DNA of 64,000 nt from an uncultured Candidatus Entotheonella sp. (GCA_965215335.1 CBDCDA010000001.1:1632001-1696000); one strand, 5' to 3'. Numbered from the stretch's first letter, positions 17,413 to 27,318 are shown. The notes: generated by a model not told the origin, from the sequence alone. Program-made: numbers and translations.

Positions 17413-19179
17413 TTATTGCTTGTACGTCCCGAAAGAACCGGCGATATTGCGGTTGCCGTCCGTAGCGCCGAACGCCCCGGCGAAGGAGGTCGGGTGGGCT
17501 GTCGGGTCGGTATCGTCATTGCCGAAGAACTTTGCGTCCCATCCGCCCTGCCAGCCTTCATCGGAGTGGACCTCTCCGCCGATAAACCCACCAGACAGGA
17601 AACTTTCCTCATCCCCTGGCCATCCTGGGGATATATTGGTATTGCCAGGGTCGTCATTAAAGTCATCTGCCGTCAACAGCAATTCGCTCAGGGGTGAGGG
17701 CTTCCCACTACCCAACTCAAAATTGGATACCGACCCCGAGATCATGCCATTCTCGCCTTCCGAGCCGAAGTCAGCCATGAACTCCACGTCCGCGCTGAAG
17801 GTATCGATATCCGGGATCACTGTCTCCGCGTACATCCCGGTTGCCTTGCCGGTGTACCTGGCGGTGCCGACAAGATCCGTGAGATTGGCCCCCACGAAGG
17901 CATCGTCACCACCCGCGAAAATGCCGAAGCGGAACGCATCAGGGTCCGTGGCGTCTTCTGGAACATACAGCCAACTGCCAAGGCTGAGGTAGTCCACCTT
18001 CGGAACTTCGGCGGAGGAGGAAGAACGAAAAGTAGGGCGAACGAATGCCGATCCACCTGTGCCCTCGGGTGTAAACAGCACGGGGTCTGAGCCTATCCAG
18101 GGAACGTATCCTGGACCCACCCAAGAAGTGACGAGATCACAATACCCCTCGGGGCACGTAAACGTCCCCGCAACACCGTCGAGAGTTCCTTCCAGACCCT
18201 CCTCCGGTATTGGAAAATACAAGACATCCCGTCCGGGAAGGTCAGGGATACGGTCGTCGTTCAGGAGAATCTCCTCGCCAGGGGGTTCCAGAACCCAAGT
18301 AAATGGCCGTGCGGGATTGTCGGAATCCTCCAGGTCGGTGAAGAGGCGGACCATCAGAGTCCCGTCGCTTTCGTACGCTCTCACTACCTCGAATCCCTGC
18401 CACCCCGTTCCAAGGCCATGATCCTCAATCGGGCTGTACGATGTTGTTACGCCCTCTATGTCGTCGTTGAGCGCGGGTGACCAAAAATTTGTCGCAACCC
18501 AGATTGGAGGATCCCCTTGAAGAGGTTCCGGTTCTATATTGAATGCAAATTCCACCTGCCCCTCATCGCCGCGCCATGGAATGGCATAGTGGAGGCGTTC
18601 CCCATGGTCCTTGTACCCAATGTCGTAAGTGATAGACACGGAGGAATAATCAGTGCCAGACCAAACAGAGCCGCATCCAGTGTCAAGGTCGCATCGGTGG
18701 GGCTGTCCCGGGGCTGCGACCTTCTCAATTGCATGCGCCACCGCCGCGTCAAAGGGGAAGTCAGCCAGGGCTTGCTCGGCGGCCATTTTGTCGGCTTCGG
18801 CAACGGCTTGCGCCTGTTCGGCCGTCATCTGGGCGGCTTCGGCGGCAGCTTTCGCCTGTTCGGCGGCCATTTTGTCGGCTTCGGCAACGGCTTGCGCCTG
18901 TTCGGCGGCCATTTTGTCGGCTTCGGCAGCGGCTTGCGCCTGTTCGGCCGTCATCTGGGCGGCTTCGGCGGCAGCTTTCGCCTGTTCGGCGGCCATTTTG
19001 TCGGCTTCGGCAGCGGCTTGCGCCTGTTCGGCCGTCATCTGGGCGGCCTGTGCCATATCCAATTGCTCCTCCAACTCAGCCACCCTGCCATCATCAGAGC
19101 TTGAACAACCAACCACCGCCGCGCAGAGCGCGACGACCGAGCAAACCACCATCACCTGACGGATCAACATCAGCATCAT
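17413..19179 (-). CDS. Surface lipoprotein: lipobox, Ala-rich 14-aa coiled-coil repeats, C-terminal TbpB-like beta-barrel
   Basis: AVVG-C lipobox; GTARYTGKATGMY...F.ADV...ADF...ISGSVSNF...GGWDAKFFG...AGAFG...IAGSFG; lower GC than flanks; GGGAGG RBS. Confidence 0.8.
   Translation of the reverse strand: MMLMLIRQVMVVCSVVALCAAVVGCSSSDDGRVAELEEQLDMAQAAQMTAEQAQAAAEADKMAAEQAKAAAEAAQMTAEQAQAAAEADKMAAEQAQAVAEADKMAAEQAKAAAEAAQMTAEQAQAVAEADKMAAEQALADFPFDAAVAHAIEKVAAPGQPHRCDLDTGCGSVWSGTDYSSVSITYDIGYKDHGERLHYAIPWRGDEGQVEFAFNIEPEPLQGDPPIWVATNFWSPALNDDIEGVTTSYSPIEDHGLGTGWQGFEVVRAYESDGTLMVRLFTDLEDSDNPARPFTWVLEPPGEEILLNDDRIPDLPGRDVLYFPIPEEGLEGTLDGVAGTFTCPEGYCDLVTSWVGPGYVPWIGSDPVLFTPEGTGGSAFVRPTFRSSSSAEVPKVDYLSLGSWLYVPEDATDPDAFRFGIFAGGDDAFVGANLTDLVGTARYTGKATGMYAETVIPDIDTFSADVEFMADFGSEGENGMISGSVSNFELGSGKPSPLSELLLTADDFNDDPGNTNISPGWPGDEESFLSGGFIGGEVHSDEGWQGGWDAKFFGNDDTDPTAHPTSFAGAFGATDGNRNIAGSFGTYKQ
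18770..19050 (-). repeat. 42-bp (14-aa) intragenic tandem repeat, 6 full units plus partial units
   Basis: AEQAQAAAEADKMA / AEQAKAAAEAAQMT / AEQAQAVAEADKMA, near-identical at DNA level. Confidence 0.92.
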
Positions 19180-19220
19180 TGTGAGGCCTCCCGCAATTGA
19201 AAGTCGTTCATCGTGTCGAA

Positions 19221-19398
19221 ATAACTGTCATTACAGGATGTAAAAAAACCTCGTAATGCCGCCCGAAACCCCGCCTGACCTGAAGCCATCTGCACCGCAT
19301 CGGTTGGCAAAAAGGGATGAAATCCATGCCCTACGCCCGTCCAAGTCTCGAAGTTTACGCTTGACACAGGCATTATTGCATCCTGTAATGACAGTTAT
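19221..19398. promoter_or_regulatory. Perfect 20-bp inverted repeats flanking 138 bp (candidate recombination sites / invertible promoter)
   Basis: ataactgtcattacaggatg (19221-19240) and catcctgtaatgacagttat (19379-19398). Confidence 0.85.
19361..19389 (+). promoter_or_regulatory. Sigma70-type promoter facing the recombinase
   Basis: TTGACA (19361-19366), 17-bp spacer, TGTAAT (19384-19389; inside the right inverted repeat). Confidence 0.75.
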
Positions 19399-19443
19399 CA
19401 GACTGAATTGAGCCTTGTTTTCAGGCGCACGGGAGGTCTTTTT

Positions 19444-20361
19444 ATGACGATGGAATCAGCGCCGATTGTCAGTCCGGTTTCGGGCCCGCTGTGGACAGCT
19501 GCGGATCTGGTACAAGCGTCGATCGCCGAGAATACGCGCCGGGCTTACGAGGGGGCGCTGCGGCAGTTCGAGCAGTCGGCATGCTCGGAGACGGACGCCG
19601 GGGTGGCGGCGTACCTTGGCAGGTTGTACGAACAGGGGCGGTCCGCGGCCTGCGCCGGCATGGTGGTTGCGGCGTTGCGCTTTCGAGCCAGGCTGCACGG
19701 TCGGCCGTCTCCGGTGGGTGCGGCGACGACCCGGGTGTTGGCCGGGTTCCGGCGCGAGGCGGCGGGCCGAGGCCGGGGCATGGTAGCCGGGGTGCGCTGG
19801 GAGCAGGCGGACCGGGTGGCAGCGATGGCCGAACGGCAGGGGAACATGGCCGGACTGAGGGATGCCGCGATGGTAGCGGTGGCGAGTGACGCGCTGCTCC
19901 GGGTGTCGGAGGTCGCGGCTCTGGTCGTGTCGGACGTGGACTTGGCGGAGCAGACGGTGCTGATCCGGCGCGGCAAGACGGATCAGACGGGCAAGGGCGT
20001 GATGCAATTTCTGGGGCAGCCGACAACGGAGCGTATCCGGGCTTGGCTGCGGGCTTCCGGCCTGACGGGCGGGGCGTTGTTCCGGGCCGTCAACAAATCG
20101 GGTCGGATTCAGGGCCAGCACCTGGCGGTGCGGAACATCCGGCGGATCATTACCCAGCGGGCCAGGGCCGCCGGGGTGGACGGTCGGGTGAGCGGTCACA
20201 GCCTGCGCGTGGGCAGCGCGCAGAGCCTGGCGACCGCCGGGGCCTCCTTGGTCGAGATGCAGGTAGCCGGGCGCTGGCGGTCGCCAGCCATGCCGGGGCG
20301 CTACGCGCAAGGACAACTGGCAAAATGGGGAGCCGTGGCACGACTCCGGTACGGGTTGTGA
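19444..20361 (+). CDS. Cre/TnpS-like tyrosine recombinase
   Basis: ASIAENTRRAY; catalytic R (LLRVSE), K (RRGKTDQ), H-x-x-R (SGHSLR), W (AGRW), Y (PGRY); GGGAGG RBS. Confidence 0.93.
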   Translation: MTMESAPIVSPVSGPLWTAADLVQASIAENTRRAYEGALRQFEQSACSETDAGVAAYLGRLYEQGRSAACAGMVVAALRFRARLHGRPSPVGAATTRVLAGFRREAAGRGRGMVAGVRWEQADRVAAMAERQGNMAGLRDAAMVAVASDALLRVSEVAALVVSDVDLAEQTVLIRRGKTDQTGKGVMQFLGQPTTERIRAWLRASGLTGGALFRAVNKSGRIQGQHLAVRNIRRIITQRARAAGVDGRVSGHSLRVGSAQSLATAGASLVEMQVAGRWRSPAMPGRYAQGQLAKWGAVARLRYGL

Positions 20362-20415
20362 TCTCGCCTTTGTGCATGCGGAACAGCTGCCCTCGCTGCC
20401 TGAACTCCTCCGCCG

Positions 20416-20940
20416 TCACCCTTCGCCCCCGATACCTGCCGTGCCGTTTCCCGCACGCCGATAGCCTCTGCGGCTTCAGACATCGGATAGCGCCTCGTCC
20501 CGGCTGCAAACAACGAATTGCCTGTCCGCTTGCGCGCCTTAGCGGGCGTTGTAAAAGCCTTGTTCGGGTTTTGCCGACGTGGAGCGTTTGATGTCGATGG
20601 CCCAAAGGCCGTGGGGGGGACCGGCATGTCGATGAGGAGGGCGATCTCGGCGCCGGCGGCGGTGCGATAGAAGCTGGTGCGGGTACAGTCCGGGGTCATG
20701 GACGACAGGTTTTCAATGACGAACGTCTCCCAGCCTGGGCCAACGACGGGATGACCGCAGGGGAACATTGCAGTCCCGGATGCCGAGCAGGGCGTGCAGC
20801 AAGCCGGTGGCGCACACGTACACCTTGGGGGGCTTCACCAGCCGCTTACCGGTATTGGCGTGGTAGGGGGCAGTCATCGAACCAGCAGCAGATCGGCCAC
20901 CAGATCGATGTATCTGGAAACCGCGGGAGATCTCAGCGAC
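20416..20940 (-). pseudogene. Remnant of AAA ATPase / DUF4143 protein
   Basis: PYHANTGKRLVKPPKVY...GLLHALLGI, then in another frame HPVVG..WETFVIENL...FYRTAAGAEI.L; N-terminus missing. Confidence 0.75.
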
Positions 20941-21017
20941 AGCCCGGAGGCAAGGCGGGAGGCGTTGCCAATTTTCCTTGCCCGACTCTCGCCAGGGGAG
21001 AAAGCGTGGCAATTCGC

Positions 21018-21941
21018 TCACCGCGTGCCGCGCAGGCGCGGGTCGAGAGTGTCGCGGATGCCGTCGCCGAAGAGGTTGAAGGCGAGCACGGTGAGGGTGA
21101 TGGCCAAACCGGGGAAGAACACCAGCCACCACGGCGGGACGAGGCCGGAATTCAGGGAATCGGCCAGCAGGTTGCCCCAGGTGGGGGTTGGGGGCGGGAT
21201 GCCGACGCCGAGAAAGCCGAGGGCCGACTCGATGACGATGGCGACGCCCAGGTGGGTGGTGGCGAGAATCAGGTAGGGGGCGATGCACTGGGGCAGGAGG
21301 TGCAACGCCATGATGCGCAGCGTCGAGGCGCCGATGCCGCGGGCGGCTTCGACGTAAGCGATTTCTTTCAGCGACAGCGCCACGGCGCGCACCACCCGGC
21401 CGCCGAAGGGGATGCGGGTGATGGCGATGGCGACGATGACCGTCCACGTGCCGGTGCCGAGCGCCATCGAGATGGCCATGGCCAGGATGAGGTCCGGGAA
21501 CGATTGCAGAACCTCGATGATGCGTTGACTGAGGATGTCGAAGCGGCCGCCGATGTAGCCGCTGGCCAGACCCCACAGCGAGCCGGTGGTGGTGCCCAGA
21601 AGTACCGCGGCAATGGCCACCACGAGCGAGGAGCGACTGCCGTAGATCACCCGGCTCAGATTGTCGCGGCCAATCTGGTCGGTGCCGAAGTAGTTCAGCG
21701 CGTCCGGCGGTTTCGACATGCGCCTGAAGTTGGCCTTCAGCGGGTCGTGCGGGGCGATCAACGGCGCGACGATCGCCATGACGAGAATCGCCGTCGCCAC
21801 CACGCCCCAGAAGGCGGACAGGGGATTGCGCCGCACGAAGGTGCGCAGGCCGCGCCAGACCCGCGCTTGACGCGACAGGGTGACATCGTCGTCCGGGACG
21901 GACGCGGCCGGAGGGCTTGGGCTATACGCTTGCATATCCAT
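21018..21941 (-). CDS. Peptide/nickel ABC transporter permease (DppC-like)
   Basis: FGTDQIGRD.LSRVIYG, YVEAARGIGA, LGFLGVG..PP.PTWG, FNLFGDG.RD.LDPR. Confidence 0.95.
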   Translation of the reverse strand: MDMQAYSPSPPAASVPDDDVTLSRQARVWRGLRTFVRRNPLSAFWGVVATAILVMAIVAPLIAPHDPLKANFRRMSKPPDALNYFGTDQIGRDNLSRVIYGSRSSLVVAIAAVLLGTTTGSLWGLASGYIGGRFDILSQRIIEVLQSFPDLILAMAISMALGTGTWTVIVAIAITRIPFGGRVVRAVALSLKEIAYVEAARGIGASTLRIMALHLLPQCIAPYLILATTHLGVAIVIESALGFLGVGIPPPTPTWGNLLADSLNSGLVPPWWLVFFPGLAITLTVLAFNLFGDGIRDTLDPRLRGTR

Positions 21942-22074
21942 CAAGTGGTTCGTGGCCAGGCGTCCGGATTCCCGCCTTGCCGAATTGGCGAACGATGTCC
22001 ATGGCTCCCGGCACGCGCCATCGACTCAGAGCTGTTGGACGACCAGCCCCGTCACTATTCACTGACCACCGCCT

Positions 22075-23031
22075 TTACTGGTAGTGAATCCTCGGATCAA
22101 ACCAGGCATACGTGACGTCCACCAGGACGTTCACCAGCACGAAGACGAACGAGTAAAGGAACACGAGATTCTGCATCACCATGACGTCGCGCTCGATCAC
22201 CGCGGTGATCATGGCGCGGCCGAGGCCGGGAACGCCGAACGCCTGCTCGATCGGGATCGAGCCGCCCAGCACGATCCCCATCAGGACGCCGGACAGCGTA
22301 ATGACGGGCAGCAGCGCGTTCGGCAAGGCGTGACGATTCACCACCAGGCGCTCGATGACCCCCTTGGCGCGGGCCGTGCGGACGTAGTCTTCCCGAATGA
22401 CTTCCAATAACGAAGACCGCGCCATGCGGGCAATGTAGGCGGCCTGGCCAACCCCCAGCACCAGCGCCGGCCCGATGACGATCTGCAGGTTGGCCCACGG
22501 GTCCTCCCACAACGGCACCCCGGTGAGTGGCGCCTTGTAGCCCAACCGGAACAGCAGGGCGAGCACGATGAGGATGCCGAGCCAGAAGCCGGGGATGGCC
22601 AGGAAGAGGATCGACATGATCCGCGCGCCCGTATCCGCCAGGGTGTTGGGGCGCAAGGCGCTGATGATGCCCACCGGCAGCCCCACGAGCCACGAGATCA
22701 GCACCGACAGCACGCCGATTTCGACGCTCAACGGGCCGCGGCGCACAATCATGTCGGCGACGCTCTCGTCGCGGAAGAACGACCTGCCCAGCTCGCCGGT
22801 GACGACGTCGCCCATCCATTTGAGGTACTGCACGGGCAGCGGGTCGCTGAGGCCGAGCTCGGCCATGTAGTACGCACGGTCCTCGGCGGTCAGTTTGGTA
22901 AAGCCTTCCATGCCGAAGATGGCCACCAGCGGGTCGCCGGGCAGGACGCGCATGAGCACGAAGACGATCATCGACACGCCGATCATCGTCATCAGGCCGA
23001 AGCCGAGGCGCCGCAGAATGTATTCGTACAA
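22075..23031 (-). CDS. Peptide/nickel ABC transporter permease (DppB-like)
   Basis: YILRRL, LPGDP, EDYVRTARAKG, HALPNA, YAWFDPRI. Confidence 0.95.
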   Translation of the reverse strand: MYEYILRRLGFGLMTMIGVSMIVFVLMRVLPGDPLVAIFGMEGFTKLTAEDRAYYMAELGLSDPLPVQYLKWMGDVVTGELGRSFFRDESVADMIVRRGPLSVEIGVLSVLISWLVGLPVGIISALRPNTLADTGARIMSILFLAIPGFWLGILIVLALLFRLGYKAPLTGVPLWEDPWANLQIVIGPALVLGVGQAAYIARMARSSLLEVIREDYVRTARAKGVIERLVVNRHALPNALLPVITLSGVLMGIVLGGSIPIEQAFGVPGLGRAMITAVIERDVMVMQNLVFLYSFVFVLVNVLVDVTYAWFDPRIHYQ

Positions 23032-23124
23032 GAGAATGGCCCCGGATAGTGAACAGGGGTTGGTGATCAGCGGCTGGCAAAGCCCGATTTCTGGCCGCTA
23101 GCTACTGACCCCTAATCACCAGAT

Positions 23125-24813
23125 TCACTTGTCCATCCAGAAGGTATCGAAGCGCACCACGTCGTAGATGCCGAAATAGTTGTACGGATTGTGGCCCTTG
23201 ACGTAGTCGTACCAGCCGTCGTTGATCTTCTCCCACGCCACCGGGATCAGCGGCGGGTCCTGCTCCATCACGGCCTCCGCCTGCCGTACCAGGTCCTTGC
23301 GCCTGGCGTCGTCGAGCTCGCGGTCGATCTGCAGCACCAGGTCCTGAAATTTGGGGTTGAACCACTTGGAATAGTTCTGCGGACCGTCCTTGCCGTACCA
23401 GGCGTTGAAGTAATCCGAGGGATCGATCAGCGTCGACACGATGGCGCTGATGGTGAAGTCGAATTTCCCCGCCAGGGCCTCGTCGAACCACACCGACACC
23501 TGCACCGTGCGCAGGTTGGTCTGGATGTTCAGGATTTCTCGCAGCATGGCCTGTATGGCTACCGACCAGAGCTTGAAGCTGGCCGCCTCGCGGATCATGA
23601 AATCCACGTCCTTGATGCCGTCGGCGTAGCCGGCAGCCGCCATGAGCTGGCGCGCTTCGCGGATGGCGGCGGTGGGGTCGGACTGGTAACCCGGGCGCTC
23701 GGCCAACTTGTCTGGCGGCGTGGCGAAATCCGAGAACGGGTAGATGAAGCCGCCCACCAGCATGGGCGCCACGTCCCGGACAACGTCCACCAGCACGGCG
23801 CGGTCCAGCACGAGGTGAATGGCGCGCCGTACCCTGGGGTCCCGGAACGCCTCGCGCTCGTTGTTGACCCAGATCGCCTGGATGACGCTCTGGTAGTAGT
23901 CGGTGCCGGACATCCCCGGGGTGCCCTGCACGGTCTTGAGGCTCACGGGATCGAGCAGGCGCGCGTAGTCGAGGTTGCCAGCCAGCAGCGCGGCGCCCAA
24001 CTGGGGCGAGAACGGCGGCAGGTGGTAGAACTCGATGCCGTCGAGATAGGGAAGGCCCTCGTTCCAGTAATCCGGGTTGCGCTCCATCACCCACACCTCC
24101 TTGTCGATGCGGCTGACGGAGCGGAACGGGCCGGTGCCGGGATAATCCGGGATTTGCCGCAGGCTGTAGTTGTTGTCCTCCAGCGTCTTCTTGCGCACGA
24201 TGATGTTCCAGCCGCTGGCGAAGGCGCCGAGCATGAAGTTCTGTGGGCGCGGCTCGCCGAGCTTGAATTCGATGGTGTGGGCATCGCGGACGTTGATGTC
24301 GCTCACGGTGGCGAACAGCGGCGTCCGCGGACTGCTGAAACCACGCGGCGGCTGGATGATGCGCTGGTAGGTCGCCTTCACGTCCTCGGCCGTCAAGTCG
24401 GCGCCGTCGTGGAAGGTGACGCCCTTGCGCAGGAAGAACGTGTACGTCTTGCCGTCGGGGGAAATCTCCCAGCTGTGCGCCAGATCCGGGATGATCGTCT
24501 GGCCGCTGTCGAGCGGATTGCGGCGGATCAGGTTGTCGTACATGCAGCCCTGGGTGCCCATGTTGGAGACGGTGCCGGACTGATGCACGTCGAAATGCGC
24601 CGGCGCGTTCAACACGCCGTAGCGCAGCACGCCGCCGCGCTTGGGGTTGGGCTCCGGGGCCTGGAGCCTGAACGCCGAACCGTCGAACGAGCTGGGCGTC
24701 TGTGCCTCGCCGAGGCCGAGGGAAAGGCCGTAGACGCCCGCAGCGGCAGCCGCCGAGGTTCCCAGCAGACCGCGCCGGGTCCACTGTGCCGGAACGGGAT
24801 AGCAGTTGGACAT
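23125..24813 (-). CDS. ABC transporter substrate-binding protein, family 5, Tat signal
   Basis: TRRGLL Tat motif; PDLAHSWEISPDGKTYTF.LRKGVTFHDG..LTAEDV; GTGPF; F.DPRVRRA. Confidence 0.93.
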   Translation of the reverse strand: MSNCYPVPAQWTRRGLLGTSAAAAAGVYGLSLGLGEAQTPSSFDGSAFRLQAPEPNPKRGGVLRYGVLNAPAHFDVHQSGTVSNMGTQGCMYDNLIRRNPLDSGQTIIPDLAHSWEISPDGKTYTFFLRKGVTFHDGADLTAEDVKATYQRIIQPPRGFSSPRTPLFATVSDINVRDAHTIEFKLGEPRPQNFMLGAFASGWNIIVRKKTLEDNNYSLRQIPDYPGTGPFRSVSRIDKEVWVMERNPDYWNEGLPYLDGIEFYHLPPFSPQLGAALLAGNLDYARLLDPVSLKTVQGTPGMSGTDYYQSVIQAIWVNNEREAFRDPRVRRAIHLVLDRAVLVDVVRDVAPMLVGGFIYPFSDFATPPDKLAERPGYQSDPTAAIREARQLMAAAGYADGIKDVDFMIREAASFKLWSVAIQAMLREILNIQTNLRTVQVSVWFDEALAGKFDFTISAIVSTLIDPSDYFNAWYGKDGPQNYSKWFNPKFQDLVLQIDRELDDARRKDLVRQAEAVMEQDPPLIPVAWEKINDGWYDYVKGHNPYNYFGIYDVVRFDTFWMDK

Positions 24814-24837
24814 GATGAGCATCTCCTCGCGGTACGC

Positions 24838-24876
24838 CCCCCCCTCCCTAACCCTCCCCCTCTAAGGGGAGGGGAT
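24838..24876. repeat. Palindromic intergenic repeat (ccc..ctaaccctcccc..ggggagggg type)
   Basis: ccctccccc-tctaa-ggggaggg stem; related elements at about 28975-29012 and 46231-46310. Confidence 0.6.
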
Positions 24877-24978
24877 AACCTCATTAAGGAGAGCGGGCCG
24901 GGGTGAAGCGGAAACCAGGGTGACACGCTACCGAGGCCCCCGGCGAGCGGGCGCCCCTCGCCACAGCGTGGCCAGGGT

Positions 24979-27318
24979 CTAAGCCTGTATCTTCTCGAGC
25001 ACGTAACCCGGCGACATCGGCAGGTCGGTCATGCGCTTGCCGGTGGCGCGGTAGATGGCGTTGGCCACGGCCGCCGGCGGCGGCACGATGGGCACCTCGC
25101 CGACGCCACGCACCCCAAAGGGATGCCCGGGATTCGGCACCTCGACAAGCACCGCGTCGATCATCGGCAAATCCAGACTGGTAGGCATCCGGTAATCCAG
25201 GAAACTGGCGTTGCTCATGTTGCCGTCTTCGCGATACATATACGCCTCGTTCAGCGCCCAGCCGATGCCTTGCGTGACGCCGCCCTGAATCTGGCCTTCC
25301 ACGTAGCTCGGGTGGATGGCCTTGCCGACGTCCTGCACCGCGGTGTAGCGCAGAATCGAGACCTTGCCGGTATCCGGATCGACCTCGACGTCGACGATGT
25401 GGGTGGCAAAGGCGCCGCCGACGCCGCGCGGCTGCACGGTGGCGCGGCCAGTAATCGGCCCGCCGGTGCGCGGCATCATCTCCGCCATCTCCTGAAAGCT
25501 CACCAACTTGCCGGCGTTCTTGCTGCAGCCGAACACGCCGTCCGAATAGGCGACATCCTCGGCCGTCAACGCGCCACCGTCCGCCTCCCGCTCGGCGTTC
25601 CAGCGCTCGGCGAGGCGCGCCTTCATCTGCCGGATGACGTCGTGCGCCGCCTCGTACGCCGCGTAGCCGGTGGCGAACGTCGTGCGGCTGCCGCCGGTGA
25701 CGTCCGTGTAGCCGACGCCGTCCGTACCGACGACCGAGGGGCGCACGCTCGCGTACGGAATGCCGAGCACTTCCGCCGCCTGCATGGCAATGGAGGCGCG
25801 CGTGCCGCCGATGTCGGTGGAGCCCTCGACCAGGCTGACGGTGCCGTCGGAGTTCACGTTGATCACCACGCTCGACTGCAGGCCGACGTTGAACCAGAAC
25901 CCGGAGGCCACGCCGCGGCCGCGATTCGGGCCGTCGAGCGGGGCGTTGTAGTGCTCGTGTTCGAGCGCCGCGTGCACCGTCTCCAGGTAGCCGATGCGCG
26001 GGTGCGTCGGGCCGTCCACGCGACGGTCGCCCTCCTTGGCGCCGTTCATCACGCGCAACTGCAACGGATCGATCCCCAGCTGCTCGGCGATCTCGTCCAT
26101 GATCGTCTCCGAGGCAAACGCCGCGTTGGTCGCCCCGGGGGCGCGGTAGGCGGTGGTTTTCGGCTTGTTCACCACCACGTCGTAACCGTCCACCTGCATG
26201 TTCGGAAAGCTGTAGGGAGAGAAGATGCACATGCCGCCCGGTCCGACCGGCGAGCCGGGATAGGCGCCTGCCTCGAACGCCAGGGACGCCTCGGCGGCCA
26301 CCACGCGGCCGTCCTTGCTGGCGCCCATCTTGAGCCTGAGGTGCGAACCCGGCGTCGGGCCCGTGCCCTCGAACTCCTCGATGCGGTTCATCACCAGCTT
26401 GACCGGATGGCCGGTCTTGCGCGACAGCAGCGCCGCCACCGGTTCGAGGTAGACGGGAATCTTGCCACCGAAACCGCCGCCGATCTCCGCCGGGATGACG
26501 GACACCTGCGACACCGGAATGCCCAGCACCTCGGACGACTGCTTCTGCACCACGAAGGCGCCCTGCGTGCTCGTCCAGATGGTGACGTGCCCCTCTTCGT
26601 TCCACATGGCGGTGGCGTTGTGGGGCTCGATGTAGCCCTGGTGCACGGTGGCCGTGTCGAACTCGCGCTCGATGATCAGGTCGGCCTGCTCGAAGCCCTC
26701 CGCCACGTCGCCCAGGGTGAAGCGGTAATGGCTGGCGACATTGCTCTCGCGGTCCGTCTTTTCGCCCAGCGACGTGGTGGTCATGCCCTCGTGCAGGATC
26801 GGCGCGCCGTCCTGCATTGCTTCGGGTGCCGTCAGCACCGGCGGCAGAATCTCGTACTCGACCTCGATCAGATTCACCGCCGCCTCGGCGATATGCACGT
26901 TGGTCGCCGCCACCGCGGCGATGGCGTGCCCCCTGTACAAGGCTTTTCCCTGCGCCAGCACGTTGTTGCTGAGGAATTTCAGATTGACCGCCCCCTCGCC
27001 GAGGTTGGCGATCTTGTCGGGCGCTTCGGGCAGGTCCCGGTGCGTCACCACCGCCTTGACGCCGGGCAGGGCTTCGGCCTTGCTGGTGTCGATCGACTTG
27101 ACGCGGGCGTGAGCGTGGGGACTGCGCAACACCTTGCCGTGCAGCATGCCGGGCATGCGCACGTCGGCGCCGTAGATCGCCCGGCCCGTCACCTTGTCGG
27201 CGCCGTCGGGACGCACCGGACGCGTTCCGATCACTCGATATGCCGCTGCCGGGCTCGCTGGCACTCCCCAGCCTCCACTTGATACGCTCGGCTCGCCGGC
27301 GCTCGCTCGCTGTGACAT
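24979..27318 (-). CDS. Xanthine dehydrogenase family molybdopterin-binding subunit
   Basis: RPDGADKVTG, RSPHAHA, HQGYIEPH, IGGGFGGK, AYRAPG, TGGSR, VEGQIQGG, RGVGE; TGATG overlap with the 2Fe-2S gene. Confidence 0.93.
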   Translation of the reverse strand: MSQRASAGEPSVSSGGWGVPASPAAAYRVIGTRPVRPDGADKVTGRAIYGADVRMPGMLHGKVLRSPHAHARVKSIDTSKAEALPGVKAVVTHRDLPEAPDKIANLGEGAVNLKFLSNNVLAQGKALYRGHAIAAVAATNVHIAEAAVNLIEVEYEILPPVLTAPEAMQDGAPILHEGMTTTSLGEKTDRESNVASHYRFTLGDVAEGFEQADLIIEREFDTATVHQGYIEPHNATAMWNEEGHVTIWTSTQGAFVVQKQSSEVLGIPVSQVSVIPAEIGGGFGGKIPVYLEPVAALLSRKTGHPVKLVMNRIEEFEGTGPTPGSHLRLKMGASKDGRVVAAEASLAFEAGAYPGSPVGPGGMCIFSPYSFPNMQVDGYDVVVNKPKTTAYRAPGATNAAFASETIMDEIAEQLGIDPLQLRVMNGAKEGDRRVDGPTHPRIGYLETVHAALEHEHYNAPLDGPNRGRGVASGFWFNVGLQSSVVINVNSDGTVSLVEGSTDIGGTRASIAMQAAEVLGIPYASVRPSVVGTDGVGYTDVTGGSRTTFATGYAAYEAAHDVIRQMKARLAERWNAEREADGGALTAEDVAYSDGVFGCSKNAGKLVSFQEMAEMMPRTGGPITGRATVQPRGVGGAFATHIVDVEVDPDTGKVSILRYTAVQDVGKAIHPSYVEGQIQGGVTQGIGWALNEAYMYREDGNMSNASFLDYRMPTSLDLPMIDAVLVEVPNPGHPFGVRGVGEVPIVPPPAAVANAIYRATGKRMTDLPMSPGYVLEKIQA

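Noticed and set aside
18770..19050. CRISPR-like or non-coding repeat array
   Set aside because: In-frame 42-bp coding repeats of the lipoprotein
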